The position numbers were made by a program, and so were the translations under genes. A stretch of DNA of 34,296 nucleotides from Lawsonibacter sp. (GTDB lineage: Bacteria; Bacillota; Clostridia; Oscillospirales; Oscillospiraceae): positions 1 to 34,296 of the forward strand of contig JAYFPV010000205.1 of assembly GCA_034927465.1 (NCBI GenBank), given 5' to 3'. Under the pieces are notes generated by a model. That model saw nothing but the letters and a program-made list of their open reading frames with translations. It made no database searches and was not told the DNA's origin. This document shows, in pieces, positions 10,518-20,550 of this stretch. Within the stretch, counting starts at the first letter, position 1. Every line of letters begins with the position of its first letter.

Positions 10518-10528
10518 CACTCCCCATG

Positions 10529-10620
10529 GCAGCGGATGCGGTGCAGCAACGCGGGAACCCTCCCTTCGTTCACCGGCAACCTCCCATCCGGTGACACTTA
10601 ACGCGCTGAACCTACTCTGT
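10529..10620 (-). ncRNA. THF (tetrahydrofolate) riboswitch aptamer
   Basis: Minus strand ACAGAGTAGG...GCGTTAAGTG...GGATGGGAGGTTGCC...AACGAA...GCATCCGCTGC matches the THF-I riboswitch consensus, upstream of folT. Confidence 0.93.
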
Positions 10621-10628
10621 CAAATTTT

Positions 10629-10657
10629 ATTTTAATGGATTTTCATCGCAAACACAA
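10629..10657 (-). promoter_or_regulatory. Candidate promoter for the riboswitch-folT transcript
   Basis: TTGTGT-17 nt-TAAAAT places +1 just before the aptamer. Confidence 0.4.
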
Positions 10658-10708
10658 GAGACTCCTGCGTATTTCTCAAAGTCGCTCCGTCCCCTGCACT
10701 TCACTGGA

Positions 10709-11335
10709 TCACATCTGACTGACCACCGTCTCGTAAATCTGATCGGCCAGCGGCAGGGCACGTTTCAGAAGAGCCTCTCCCTTTTTGCGGTAATCCGCAG
10801 CCAGATCCTGGTCCTTCAGGCTGCCAATGTTAATCAGTACATTCAGCCAAGCCCCCTGAATGGCGGCGCGCAGGGACAAGGCGGACACGCCCAGGTCGCT
10901 GGCAGCGCTGTCGTTGGACTTGCCCAGAATGGATGCGGTCAGTTCCAGGGTCTCCACCGCCAGCTCCATCATCTCAAAGGGAGTCTTGGTGCAGCCCTTT
11001 AGCCCGTTCTGAATGGCGCCCGAGCGGATAGCCTTCTCTTCGTCGGTTCCCTTTGGCATTCCAAAGGCAGCGCTGACTACGTTGAACGCCTCGGTGTCCC
11101 GGTCCATCACATCCACAAAGTGGGCCTTCAGCTCCTCGGCTTTTTTCTGGCTCTCCACCGCCAGATCCTGATACTCGGCGTACTTCTTCTTGCCAACGGT
11201 CAGGCCGCACACCATAGCGGTCAGGGCCGCGCCCAGCGCGCCCTCCAGCGCGGCGGCGGACCCGCCGCCGGGGGCTGGAGCATCAGAGGACAGCAGGTCG
11301 GCAAATGCGGAAACCTGTAAGTCAGCTAATTTCAT
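10709..11335 (-). CDS. fchA: Formiminotetrahydrofolate cyclodeaminase / methenyl-THF cyclohydrolase (FTCD_C, FchA-like)
   Basis: SDAPAPGGGSAAAL...MVCGLT...DTEAF...SDLGV...GAWLNVLIN. Confidence 0.9.
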   Translation of the reverse strand: MKLADLQVSAFADLLSSDAPAPGGGSAAALEGALGAALTAMVCGLTVGKKKYAEYQDLAVESQKKAEELKAHFVDVMDRDTEAFNVVSAAFGMPKGTDEEKAIRSGAIQNGLKGCTKTPFEMMELAVETLELTASILGKSNDSAASDLGVSALSLRAAIQGAWLNVLINIGSLKDQDLAADYRKKGEALLKRALPLADQIYETVVSQM

Positions 11336-11362
11336 TGTTTTGTTCTCCTTTCAAAGGCGTGC

Positions 11363-12274
11363 TTATTCCATGCCCACCAGGTGGTCTTCCATAACCTGAT
11401 TGTGGCAGTCAAAGTTCTCCAGCTTCAGGTAGTGCTCCGCGCAGTCCAGCAGGGCCTTTGCTGGCGTCAGGCCCACAATCTCGCTGCCCACGATGTAGGT
11501 GCCGTAGCGCTCGGCCAAGGCGCGGATCTGCTCGTAGACCACGGGCAGGGGGGTGACCTCGTAGTTGACCATGTTCATGGAAACCTGGGCAATGCCCCGG
11601 TACTCCAGCATGAAGCCCATGGCCTTGCAGCACTTAAAGCCACCGGAGGAGCCGCGAATGACTTTGGCGATCTTTTTGGCGATTTCCACGTCGGAGGTGG
11701 CCAGGTTTACGTTGAAGGCCACCAGCGGCATGCGGGCGCCAATGGCGGTAATTCCGGCGGTGGGGTGGATCTTCCGCTCGCCGAAATCGGGGGCCCACTC
11801 AGGCTGGAGCAGCTTCTCGGGCATGCCCTCGAACTGGCCCTTGCGGACGGCGGCCAGGTTCTGGCGGGCAGGGGTGGACGCGGAATCTTCATAGAGGAAG
11901 GAGGGGATCTTCAGTTCGTCCCAAATGCGCTGGCCCAGACGCTTGGACATGGCCACGCACTCCTCCACAGTCATCCCCATAGTTGGAACAAAGGGGATGA
12001 CGTCGGTAGCGCCCATACGGGAGTGCTCGCCCGTATGTTTATTCATGTCGATCACTTCGGCAGCCTTCTTGGTCAGCTGGAACGCAACTTCTTCGATGGC
12101 CTCGGGGGAGCCAATCATGGTGAACACGCTGCGGTTGTGGTTGCCGTCGGTCTGCGCGTCGAACAGGGTACAGCCTGGCACGCTTTTGGCCACCTCGACC
12201 AAGGCATTATAGCTGACCTCGTCTCTCTCTTTGCTGACGCTAAAATTTGGAATACATTCTACAAGCTTAGCCAC
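11363..12274 (-). CDS. ftcD: Glutamate formiminotransferase
   Basis: LVECIPNFS, HNRSVFT, IDMNKHTGEHSRMGATDVIPFVP, GARMPLVAFNVNL, QVSMN, SEIVGL; GTG start after GGAGG. Confidence 0.95.
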   Translation of the reverse strand: MAKLVECIPNFSVSKERDEVSYNALVEVAKSVPGCTLFDAQTDGNHNRSVFTMIGSPEAIEEVAFQLTKKAAEVIDMNKHTGEHSRMGATDVIPFVPTMGMTVEECVAMSKRLGQRIWDELKIPSFLYEDSASTPARQNLAAVRKGQFEGMPEKLLQPEWAPDFGERKIHPTAGITAIGARMPLVAFNVNLATSDVEIAKKIAKVIRGSSGGFKCCKAMGFMLEYRGIAQVSMNMVNYEVTPLPVVYEQIRALAERYGTYIVGSEIVGLTPAKALLDCAEHYLKLENFDCHNQVMEDHLVGME

Positions 12275-12431
12275 TTTTCATTCCTCCATAATAGTGTTAT
12301 GATTGGGTTGTATTTGTGCATGATCTTCTCATAATAAGGGTGATTTTTGCAAAACAATGATTGCATTTTTTGATCGGCAGAAAAAACCTCATTTTGCTCG
12401 CTCCGAATGGCGCGGCATCCCCGTCAACCGC

Positions 12432-13319
12432 CTACTCGGATAATCCGAACATCAAAATAAACAGCTTCACACAGTTTGCGTAATAAATATTGTTGCTCCA
12501 AATCAAGGTTGGGTAGGACTTCGCCGGAAGGCCGCGAATCGGTTTTGTGTAAAGATTGGCGCCCGGATGCGTCTCCACAATGGAGCGGGGCAAGTAGCTG
12601 ATTCCAAAGCCAGCCTGAACCAACTGCATTGCCATCGGAGTGTCGTAGCACTGGCAGACGATGTTGGGAGAAAATCCCCTGCGCTGGCACTCGTTGATCA
12701 GATGGCTGCTATACCCCCACAGGTCGTCACTGCGCAGCAGACACATGGGCGTTTCTTTCAGCAATTCAATTGGAATCACGTCCAGATCCGGAGCCGGATC
12801 CAGATCCGGACGCATCACCAGTTCCAGCGGATCTTCCCCAAGAATGACTTCATTCAGGTCAGAAATCTCCTTCGTGGGGCTGCGCAGAAACAAGACGTGA
12901 AGATCCCCTCTGCTCAGATCGTCCAGCAAATCCTTGGGCGCCCCAAGCCGGATATACAGCTCGACCTGGGGATACTTTTCGTGATATTCTTTTAAATGGT
13001 CCATGACGGTGGGAATATTGGAATAAATGATTCCGATTTTCAAAAGCCCGCGCAGTCCGGCGTTAACATCTCGGACACTGTCCACCATCATGCGAAAATT
13101 TTGGAACATGTGCTGGCTTTGCTGATACAGACTCCGGCCAGCCTCCGTCAGCTCGACCCCCTTGTTGTTGCGCAGAAGCAGGCAAACTCCCAACTCGTCT
13201 TCCAGCATCGCGATCTGCCTGCTGATCGGCGGTTGAGCCACATGAAGCTTTCGGGCCGCCTTGGAAATGCTCTTTGCCTCGGCCACGGCAGCAAAATATT
13301 CAAGCTGTTTAAAATTCAT
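12432..13319 (-). CDS. LysR-family transcriptional regulator
   Basis: MNFKQLEYFAAVAEAKSISKAARKLHVAQPPISRQIAMLEDELG HTH plus substrate-binding domain. Confidence 0.95.
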   Translation of the reverse strand: MNFKQLEYFAAVAEAKSISKAARKLHVAQPPISRQIAMLEDELGVCLLLRNNKGVELTEAGRSLYQQSQHMFQNFRMMVDSVRDVNAGLRGLLKIGIIYSNIPTVMDHLKEYHEKYPQVELYIRLGAPKDLLDDLSRGDLHVLFLRSPTKEISDLNEVILGEDPLELVMRPDLDPAPDLDVIPIELLKETPMCLLRSDDLWGYSSHLINECQRRGFSPNIVCQCYDTPMAMQLVQAGFGISYLPRSIVETHPGANLYTKPIRGLPAKSYPTLIWSNNIYYANCVKLFILMFGLSE

Positions 13320-13368
13320 AAACGTCATACCCTTTTTATATCTCAAATATATAATACAAGTACTTTTA

Positions 13369-13397
13369 ATTATAGCAGGTTGCATTTAAAATACAAC
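13369..13397 (-). promoter_or_regulatory. LysR gene promoter with overlapping palindrome
   Basis: Minus strand TTGTAT-16 nt-TATAAT with TG; near-perfect inverted repeat GTTGCATTT-A-AAATACAAC at 13379-13397. Confidence 0.5.
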
Positions 13398-13670
13398 TGT
13401 AAGCAAGCTGTTTTGGGTTATATATGACGTTTTTTTGGATTTTCAGCAGAAAAGTTGCCCGACTATGCAATCGAGGCTGCGATACCTCCACCTGACCAAT
13501 GCCGCCTAACTTTTCAGCTCTTTCAGACGAACGTTTCTTCTGCAGCGCGGTCGGCAGTGGCAGGCGGGGCGGCCAAGTCCCATGAAACATTCTTGCTCTC
13601 AGGTAGACCCGGGCTGATTTGGGCAAGCGGAGTGCAATACTTGAACATGATAAAAAGGAAGTAAACTGCC

Positions 13671-14108
13671 ATGGATCGCACGGATTACCAAATTTTAAAC
13701 ATTCTCCAGGATGACTGTCAAGCCACGCTGAAGTACATTGGGGATCAAGTCGGGCTCACCGCTCCGGCCGTCTCCGAGCGGGTGCGCAGGATGGAAGAGA
13801 AAGGTGTCATCCGAAAATTTCGCATTGATGTGGACCGGGCCCGCCTGGACTGCGGCATGACAGGATTTATTCTTGTTGCGCTGGAGCCGGAAAAATACAA
13901 CAGCTTCTGCGAATTCTGTCTCAAAAATCCGGCTGTCATCAGCCACTACCACGTCATCGGGGTATTTAACGCCCTGCTGCGCTTCGCCGTCCGTGGCACG
14001 CGAGAACTGGATGAGTTGCTGTCCTCCATTAAACGATATGGGGCCTCCCAGACGTCAGTGGAATTGAAAACTTATTTTGAGACCAAAGAGATTCCTCTGC
14101 CCGATTAA
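13671..14108 (+). CDS. Lrp/AsnC-family transcriptional regulator
   Basis: MDRTDYQILNILQDD...VGLTAPAVSERVRRMEEKGVI HTH; 145 aa; RBS AAGGA. Confidence 0.95.
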   Translation: MDRTDYQILNILQDDCQATLKYIGDQVGLTAPAVSERVRRMEEKGVIRKFRIDVDRARLDCGMTGFILVALEPEKYNSFCEFCLKNPAVISHYHVIGVFNALLRFAVRGTRELDELLSSIKRYGASQTSVELKTYFETKEIPLPD

Positions 14109-14124
14109 AAAACTCGGTTTTTAC

Positions 14125-14165
14125 GGGAAGCAGCCGTATGGCCGAAGGGCCATACGGCTCTTCCC
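14125..14165. terminator. Hairpin between convergent Lrp gene and fhs
   Basis: Stem AGCCGTATGGCC/GGCCATACGGCT extended by GGGAAG/CTTCCC; weak U-tracts. Confidence 0.6.
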
Positions 14166-14201
14166 CAGATGCCGGGGGAGGCAGAAGAGAGGTATCAGAA
14201 A

Positions 14202-15875
14202 TTAGAACAGGCCGGAGATGACACCGTTTTCGTCGACGTCGATCTTCTCTGCGGAGGGAACCTTGGGCAGGCCGGGCATGGTCATGACATTTCCTGTGAG
14301 AGCCACGATAAAGCCAGCGCCGGCGGACACCTTCAGATTGCGGACGGTAACCTCAAACCCTTCGGGCGCGCCCAGCAGCTTCTGGTCGTCGGAGAAGGAA
14401 TACTGGGTCTTGGCCATACAGATGGGGTAGCTGCCGAACCCAAGCTCGGCCAACTGCTTAGCCTGCTTCTTGGCATCGGCGGTCAACACGGCCTTGCTGC
14501 CGTGGTATACTCGCTTTACAATGGTGTCCAGCTTCTCCTCGATGGACAGCTCGCTGTCATAGACAAAGGAGAAGTGGTTGGGCTCTTCACACAGGCGAAC
14601 AACCTCTTCGGCCAGCTCTCTACCGCCTTCGCCGCCCTTGCCCCACACCTCGGACAGAGCCACATTGACACCCAACTCCCTGCACTTGGTACGGATCAGC
14701 TCCAGCTCGGTCTCGGAGTCGGTGGGGAAGCGGTTGATGGCCACCACAGCGGGCAAACCATACACCTTGGTCACGTTTTCCACATGGCGCAGCAGGTTGG
14801 GCAGGCCCTTCTCCAGCGCCTCCAGATTTTCGTTGTTCAGATCGGCCTTGGCAACGCCCCCGTGGTGCTTCAGGGCGCGGACGGTGGCCACGATGACACA
14901 GGCGCTTGGCTTCAGCCCGGACATACGGCACTTGATGTCAACGAACTTCTCCGCGCCCAGGTCGGCACCGAAGCCGCCCTCGGTCACGACGTAGTCGCCC
15001 AGCTTCAGCGCCATGCGAGTGGCTACCACCGAGTTGCAGCCGTGGGCAATGTTGGCGAAGGGGCCACCGTGGATAAAGGCGGGGGTACCTTCCAGGGTCT
15101 GAACCAGGTTGGGCTTCATGGCGTCCTTCAGCAGCGCCGCCATGGCTCCGGCTGCCTTCAGGTCGCCGGCAGTGATGGGCTGCTCGTCATAGGTATAGGC
15201 TACGATCATCTTGGCCAGCCGCTCCTTCAGATCGGTGATGGAGCTGGACAGGCACAGCACCGCCATGATTTCAGAGGCCACGGTGATGTCATATCCGTCC
15301 TCACGTGCCACACCATTGGTGCGGGCGCCCAAACCATCCACAATGGAACGCAGCTGACGGTCGTTCATATCCACAACGCGCTTCCAGGTAATGCGCTTGG
15401 GGTCGATGCGCAGAGCGTTGCCCTGATAGATTTGGTTGTCCAGCATGGCGGCCCGCAGGTTGTTGGCGGCGCCAATGGCGTGGAAGTCGCCGGTAAAGTG
15501 AAGGTTGATGTCCTCCATAGGGACCACCTGGGCATAGCCGCCGCCGGCAGCGCCGCCCTTCACGCCGAACACAGGGCCAAGGGAGGGCTCGCGCAGGGCA
15601 ATCACCGATTTTTTGCCGATTTTCCGCAGGCCATCAGCCAGACCCACGGTAGTGGTGGTCTTACCCTCGCCGGCGGGGGTGGGAGTAATTGCAGTGACCA
15701 GAATCAACTTTCCGTCGGGAGCCTGGCTCTCATTGAGCAGTTTGTAATCTACTTTGGCCTTGTAGTTGCCGTACAGTTCCAGGTACTTCTCGTCAACGCC
15801 CGCCTCCGCGGCAATCTCGGTGATGCGCTTGGGGGTATGCTCCTGCGCAATCTCAATGTCAGACTTGAAACTCAT
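14202..15875 (-). CDS. fhs: Formate--tetrahydrofolate ligase
   Basis: [61 protein letters not shown]. Confidence 0.98.
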   Translation of the reverse strand: MSFKSDIEIAQEHTPKRITEIAAEAGVDEKYLELYGNYKAKVDYKLLNESQAPDGKLILVTAITPTPAGEGKTTTTVGLADGLRKIGKKSVIALREPSLGPVFGVKGGAAGGGYAQVVPMEDINLHFTGDFHAIGAANNLRAAMLDNQIYQGNALRIDPKRITWKRVVDMNDRQLRSIVDGLGARTNGVAREDGYDITVASEIMAVLCLSSSITDLKERLAKMIVAYTYDEQPITAGDLKAAGAMAALLKDAMKPNLVQTLEGTPAFIHGGPFANIAHGCNSVVATRMALKLGDYVVTEGGFGADLGAEKFVDIKCRMSGLKPSACVIVATVRALKHHGGVAKADLNNENLEALEKGLPNLLRHVENVTKVYGLPAVVAINRFPTDSETELELIRTKCRELGVNVALSEVWGKGGEGGRELAEEVVRLCEEPNHFSFVYDSELSIEEKLDTIVKRVYHGSKAVLTADAKKQAKQLAELGFGSYPICMAKTQYSFSDDQKLLGAPEGFEVTVRNLKVSAGAGFIVALTGNVMTMPGLPKVPSAEKIDVDENGVISGLF

Positions 15876-15958
15876 AATGGCGCCTCCTCATAATATTTTT
15901 ATTTTTTTGAATAGATCGCATGATTTGAACCAATCTCTCGGGATGTTTTGATGGCATA

Positions 15959-15987
15959 ATTGTATTCCAAAGCCTCGATTTCGTAAA
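15959..15987 (-). promoter_or_regulatory. Candidate sigma-A promoter of fhs
   Basis: TTTACG-17 nt-TACAAT on the minus strand. Confidence 0.45.
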
Positions 15988-16400
15988 TAGAATTCGTTTT
16001 CCTTTTTTGCAACTGACCCTTTTTTTGTTAAGCGAATTAGCCGGTTTTCTTAATAAAACAAAATGCAGAGGACTGGAAAAAGCTCCGATTTTTGATCGAA
16101 TCGCCCAAAAAAGTTCGTATTGTAGCAATTATTGTGGTCGGTTTTGCCTGCTTACAGCACAATTTCTCAGGCGCTGCGGCGAAAAAAACGTGGCCGTTCA
16201 AAGGGCGAAGCCCCCAATCGGACTGCATTCTTGTTGTTTCTCCTTGCTTTTGTACCGCAGTCGCCCGTCTCAGCCAAGTCTCTCTTCCGTTTTGATCTGC
16301 ACTTACGCTTATTGTTTCGCCCGCTTACTTGTACGGGGAGTCAGAACCGTTTTATCTGGTGCTGCAAAAACATTTTCGTCAGGAACAGGAGAATTTTGGA

Positions 16401-19400
16401 ATGAGCAAACTTTCATTTAAGCTGTTTGGGGTCCCGAAAATTACCAAAGACGGGGAAAGTGTTTTTTTGCCCTATGCAAAAATTAATGCGCTTCTCTACT
16501 ACATGCTGGTGACCAAGGTTGTCAGCCGCGACGAAGCGGTTGGACTATTGTGGCCGGATGAGGACGAGAAAATCGCCAAAAAGAACCTGAGAAACGCCAT
16601 CTATCAGGCCAAAAAATCTCTGGGCGTGGACATAATTCATTCTCCCAAAAAATCACTTCTGATGTTGAACGAGACGTTGGAGCTTGAGTCTGACGTAGAT
16701 CTTTTTATCCACTCTCCCCAGGAAAACATGCATCTTTATACCGGAGACTTTTTGCAGGGGTTCTTTTTAAAAGATGCGGAGTCCTATGAATACTGGATCG
16801 TCAAGATGAGAAATTACTACCAGGAAAAGTTTTCGAAGGAGTGCTACCTGAAAATTGAGGCGGACATTCAAGACAAAAACTATGCCGAGGTAGAAAACCA
16901 CATCCAGCGTCTGACCGATTTGGACGAGTATGACGAACGAAACTTCCGCCTACTCATGCGGTTTTATCAGGATACGGGCCGCAACAGCAAGGTAATCGAA
17001 ACCTACTATGACCTTTCCAAACTTCTGCGGAGAGAGCTTGGCATTGATCCGGACCGAAAGACCAAAGAAATTTATGAGCGCTCTCTGGAACAGATTAACT
17101 TTGGAGACCAAACCCGCTCTCACGACGCGTCATTCTTTTTCGGACGATACGACGAGATTGCCGTGCTGGAAAAGAAATTTAAAAATTTCAGAGAGAAGAA
17201 GGATGGAACCTCTCTTTTGATTACGGGGGAACCCGGAGTTGGGAAATCCACCATCAAACGGAAGCTGTTGGAAGGGGCTGCGGATGATTTCTTTGTGCTG
17301 GAAACCTGCTGTTACCAGGTGGAGCAAGACCTGTCTCTGCGCCCATGGTGCAGGATCGTCCGGGAAATCTCCCAGCAGATTCAGCAAAACCGACTGATCC
17401 CTCCAGCTTTATGGAAGGATCTGATGGGGAGATGTTTTCCCGACTTCAGCGAGAACTTACCGCCCAACTCATTTGGCTACCGCCAAGAGGAAGCGTCCCT
17501 GGACTCTCTCGTCCACATTTTGATTGAGGCTTTTACCAAACTTGCCGCTCAAAAGCAGGTCCTTCTGGTCCTTGAAGATCTCCAGTGGATGGATCGAAAC
17601 AGCCTCAGGCTCCTGACGGCGGTCATACTGGAAACCGATCCTTCTCAGGTGATGCTGCTCGCCACCTCCGATAAGGCGCGAAACGATGCGCTTACGGACA
17701 CCCTTGCCTCCTTCACCCGATATCACCGCCTGATCACTGTTCCGTTGGAGCGATTTTCTCTGGAAGCATGTCATCATTTTATAGAAGAGGCTCTACCCGA
17801 TGAAAATCTGAAGGGTGAGACTTTGGAATTTATTTATAACGAAACGGAAGGAAACCCTTTCTTTCTCCGCGAATACATGGACATGCTGAAAAAGGGCGCC
17901 AAACTGGACCAGATGAGTCCGGCCATGACCGAGTTCCTCCAAGGCTGTTTTCTCTATCTTTCGGAGGAAGCCATGGATTTGGTGTATCTTCTCTCCATTT
18001 TTTACGATGCGGTTCCACTAACTGTTCTTCTTAAAGTGGCACAAAAAGACGCCGCAGATGTACTTCGCCTGTTGGAACAGCTGAAAGACCGCTCACTTTT
18101 AGTCGAAAAGGAAACGGGTTCGGATCCTGTGATTCTGTTCACCCATATTAAACTGCGGGAATACGCCTACATGACCCAGCCGCACTCACGCAAAAAGCTC
18201 CTCCACCAAAAAGTCGGGTCGATGCTTGAAGATGCTCTGAGCACCAGCAAGAAAGACAGCAAACTCTATTCCAAGCTGATTTATCATTTCTCTGCCGCCG
18301 GTGACTATCTCAAGGCCCTGAAATATCAGATCGACACGCTGAGCCACTGCCTCAACTTCAGTCACGAGATGTTCCCTGTCTTAAACACAATGGAGCTGGA
18401 GCCGGAAGGAAATCGATACATTTCCCGGGAACAAATCAGCGAGCTCTTCCGTAATCTGGAGATCAGCTTGAAAAAAGTACAGGGCTCCATCCTCAGTTCG
18501 GGAGATCTGGACATTCTGGAAGTGGAGTTTTTCTATATGAAGGGACGCTACCTCATCCGGGAAGGCCGCTATGAAGACGGTGTCAACCATATTATGCATG
18601 TCATTGACAAATCCAAGCAGATCGGAGACCAGAACTATACGTTGGAAGGGTACAAGCAGCTCATCCTCTATCATCTCCAGGTCAACCAGCCAAAAGATAT
18701 GGCCGAATACGTTGAATTGGCCTTGGATCTGGCGGTCAAATGCAATTATCACAAAGAAATTGGGATTCTGCTCCGTTTAAAGGGCCTTTGTAATATGATG
18801 ATGGGCAACTACTATCTGGCTGAAAAATTCCTGACCGAGTCGATTAACACGCTTGCCGTCACAGAAAATGTCGCCAGGCTTTACGCCACCAACATTGCCG
18901 CTTCCTATAACTACATCGGCGAGATACGGCAGGCGGAAGAGGATTATCAGGGCGCGCTGCAGCTGTTTCACAAAGCCATTTCCCTGTGTCTGGAGAAAAA
19001 TGTCCTGTCCAGTCTCTCTTATTTCTATATTAACGCCGGAAAAACCGCCTACTATATGGAAAACACTGCGGTCGCAGCCGATTATTTTCAAAAGGCATAT
19101 TCTCTTTACGGGCAGTTTGACTCGTTCTGGCGCCGTTCCGTTCTGGATTCATACATGGCCCTTACCCTCATGAAGGAGTCCCGCTACGCGGATGCCCGGA
19201 AGTATCTGATCGCCGCGCGGGAAAATGCAGGCTACATCAAGGACCCCAGCGATCTGGGCACCGTTCTCTTTGCCGAAGCCCTAATTCGAAAAATGGCGGA
19301 CCAGAACGAGGAGATCCAGCAAATTTTTGCGGAAGATTTAACCGAACCCTCCGCTCATTACTATCAGCTTGCCTTAAAAAATCTCAGCGAATACTGCAAT

Positions 19401-19442
19401 CGGTACGAGATCAAGGTCCTAACCCGAATTTTTGCAACCTAA
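16401..19442 (+). CDS. Large SARP-like transcriptional activator: winged-HTH + BTAD + STAND/AAA ATPase + TPR repeats
   Basis: LFGVPKI...VSRDEAVGLLWPD...AKKNLRNAIY (wHTH); YTGDFLQGF...LGIDPD (BTAD); FFGRYDE, Walker A GEPGVGKS, Walker B LVLEDLQWMD, TEGNPFF; C-terminal TPR-like helices; ATG 16401 after AGGAG. Confidence 0.9.
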   Translation: MSKLSFKLFGVPKITKDGESVFLPYAKINALLYYMLVTKVVSRDEAVGLLWPDEDEKIAKKNLRNAIYQAKKSLGVDIIHSPKKSLLMLNETLELESDVDLFIHSPQENMHLYTGDFLQGFFLKDAESYEYWIVKMRNYYQEKFSKECYLKIEADIQDKNYAEVENHIQRLTDLDEYDERNFRLLMRFYQDTGRNSKVIETYYDLSKLLRRELGIDPDRKTKEIYERSLEQINFGDQTRSHDASFFFGRYDEIAVLEKKFKNFREKKDGTSLLITGEPGVGKSTIKRKLLEGAADDFFVLETCCYQVEQDLSLRPWCRIVREISQQIQQNRLIPPALWKDLMGRCFPDFSENLPPNSFGYRQEEASLDSLVHILIEAFTKLAAQKQVLLVLEDLQWMDRNSLRLLTAVILETDPSQVMLLATSDKARNDALTDTLASFTRYHRLITVPLERFSLEACHHFIEEALPDENLKGETLEFIYNETEGNPFFLREYMDMLKKGAKLDQMSPAMTEFLQGCFLYLSEEAMDLVYLLSIFYDAVPLTVLLKVAQKDAADVLRLLEQLKDRSLLVEKETGSDPVILFTHIKLREYAYMTQPHSRKKLLHQKVGSMLEDALSTSKKDSKLYSKLIYHFSAAGDYLKALKYQIDTLSHCLNFSHEMFPVLNTMELEPEGNRYISREQISELFRNLEISLKKVQGSILSSGDLDILEVEFFYMKGRYLIREGRYEDGVNHIMHVIDKSKQIGDQNYTLEGYKQLILYHLQVNQPKDMAEYVELALDLAVKCNYHKEIGILLRLKGLCNMMMGNYYLAEKFLTESINTLAVTENVARLYATNIAASYNYIGEIRQAEEDYQGALQLFHKAISLCLEKNVLSSLSYFYINAGKTAYYMENTAVAADYFQKAYSLYGQFDSFWRRSVLDSYMALTLMKESRYADARKYLIAARENAGYIKDPSDLGTVLFAEALIRKMADQNEEIQQIFAEDLTEPSAHYYQLALKNLSEYCNRYEIKVLTRIFAT

Positions 19443-19454
19443 TGTCGAAAGCCA

Positions 19455-19499
19455 AAATTGGAAATCCCCTCCCAAGCAGCGGGAGGGGATTTCCAATTT
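19455..19499. terminator. Bidirectional terminator between the activator and etfA
   Basis: Perfect 19-bp stem AAATTGGAAATCCCCTCCC/GGGAGGGGATTTCCAATTT. Confidence 0.85.
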
Positions 19500-19529
19500 C
19501 AAATTTTTCTGGTTCACCTGTTCAGAACG

Positions 19530-20534
19530 TCAGCGGGCGGCCAGAACCTTTTTAAACTCCTCAATCATCACGGGCAGGACCTGATACAAATCGCCCACAA
19601 TCCCGTAGTTTGCCACGCTGAAAATCGGGGCTTCTTCGTCCTTGTTGACAGCGACAATGACATCGGAGGTCTTCATCCCGGCTAGATGTTGCAGTGCGCC
19701 AGAAATGCCGCAGGCGATGTAGAGCTTCGGCCCCACAGTTTTTCCGGTCTGCCCGACCTGGTGTTCATACGGAATCCACCCCGCATCCACCGCCGCTCTG
19801 GAGGCGCCCACAGCGGCGTGCAGGGTGTCGGCCAGTTCCTGGATCAGGGCAAAGCCACTGGCATCGCCCAGACCGCGGCCGCCGGACACGATAATCTGGG
19901 CGTCGGTCAGACTGACTTCTCCGCTAGCCTTGGCAATAAGCTCCAGCACCTTGGTGCGCAGATCTTCCTCCTGTACGTCCACTGGAACGTCCACCACCTT
20001 GCCGGTTCTAGTGGGGTCCGGCTCGGCCTTCTCCATGGCGTTGGGCCGGATGGTACACATGGCGGGTCTCTGTTCGGGGAAGATCACATCGGACATAATG
20101 TTTCCGCCGAAGGTAGGCCGCGTTGCCACCAGCTGCCCTTCCCCGTCCAGGCGCAGGGCCACACAGTCAGATGCCAGTCCGGTCTCCAGCCGACTGGCCA
20201 GCCGGGCAGCCAGGTCGCGGCCATTGTTGCTGGCGGACAGGAACAAAACTTCCGGATTATGGGCCCGGACCAGTCCCGCCAGCACCTTGCAGTAGCTCTC
20301 GGTACGGTAGTCCGTCAGCACAGGGGCGTCGCAGACATAGACGTTGTCCGCACCATAGGCAATCGCCGCCTTGGCCTGGTCCTTTACCCCACTGCCAATG
20401 AGCACGGCACTGACCTCGGCAGAACGCTGATCGGCCAACTTTCTTGCTTCGCTCAGCATCTCATAGGAGACACCGGCAATTTTTCCGCCTGTTTGATCCA
20501 GGCAAACCCATACGCCTTGATATTGATTGGACAT
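19530..20534 (-). CDS. etfA: Electron transfer flavoprotein alpha subunit
   Basis: [54 protein letters not shown]. Confidence 0.96.
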   Translation of the reverse strand: MSNQYQGVWVCLDQTGGKIAGVSYEMLSEARKLADQRSAEVSAVLIGSGVKDQAKAAIAYGADNVYVCDAPVLTDYRTESYCKVLAGLVRAHNPEVLFLSASNNGRDLAARLASRLETGLASDCVALRLDGEGQLVATRPTFGGNIMSDVIFPEQRPAMCTIRPNAMEKAEPDPTRTGKVVDVPVDVQEEDLRTKVLELIAKASGEVSLTDAQIIVSGGRGLGDASGFALIQELADTLHAAVGASRAAVDAGWIPYEHQVGQTGKTVGPKLYIACGISGALQHLAGMKTSDVIVAVNKDEEAPIFSVANYGIVGDLYQVLPVMIEEFKKVLAAR

Positions 20535-20550
20535 GGTTCGTTCCCCCTTC

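Noticed and set aside
13590-13625. CTCTCAGGTA resembling the 3' end of a glycine riboswitch
   Set aside because: No upstream GGAGA or CCGAAG elements.
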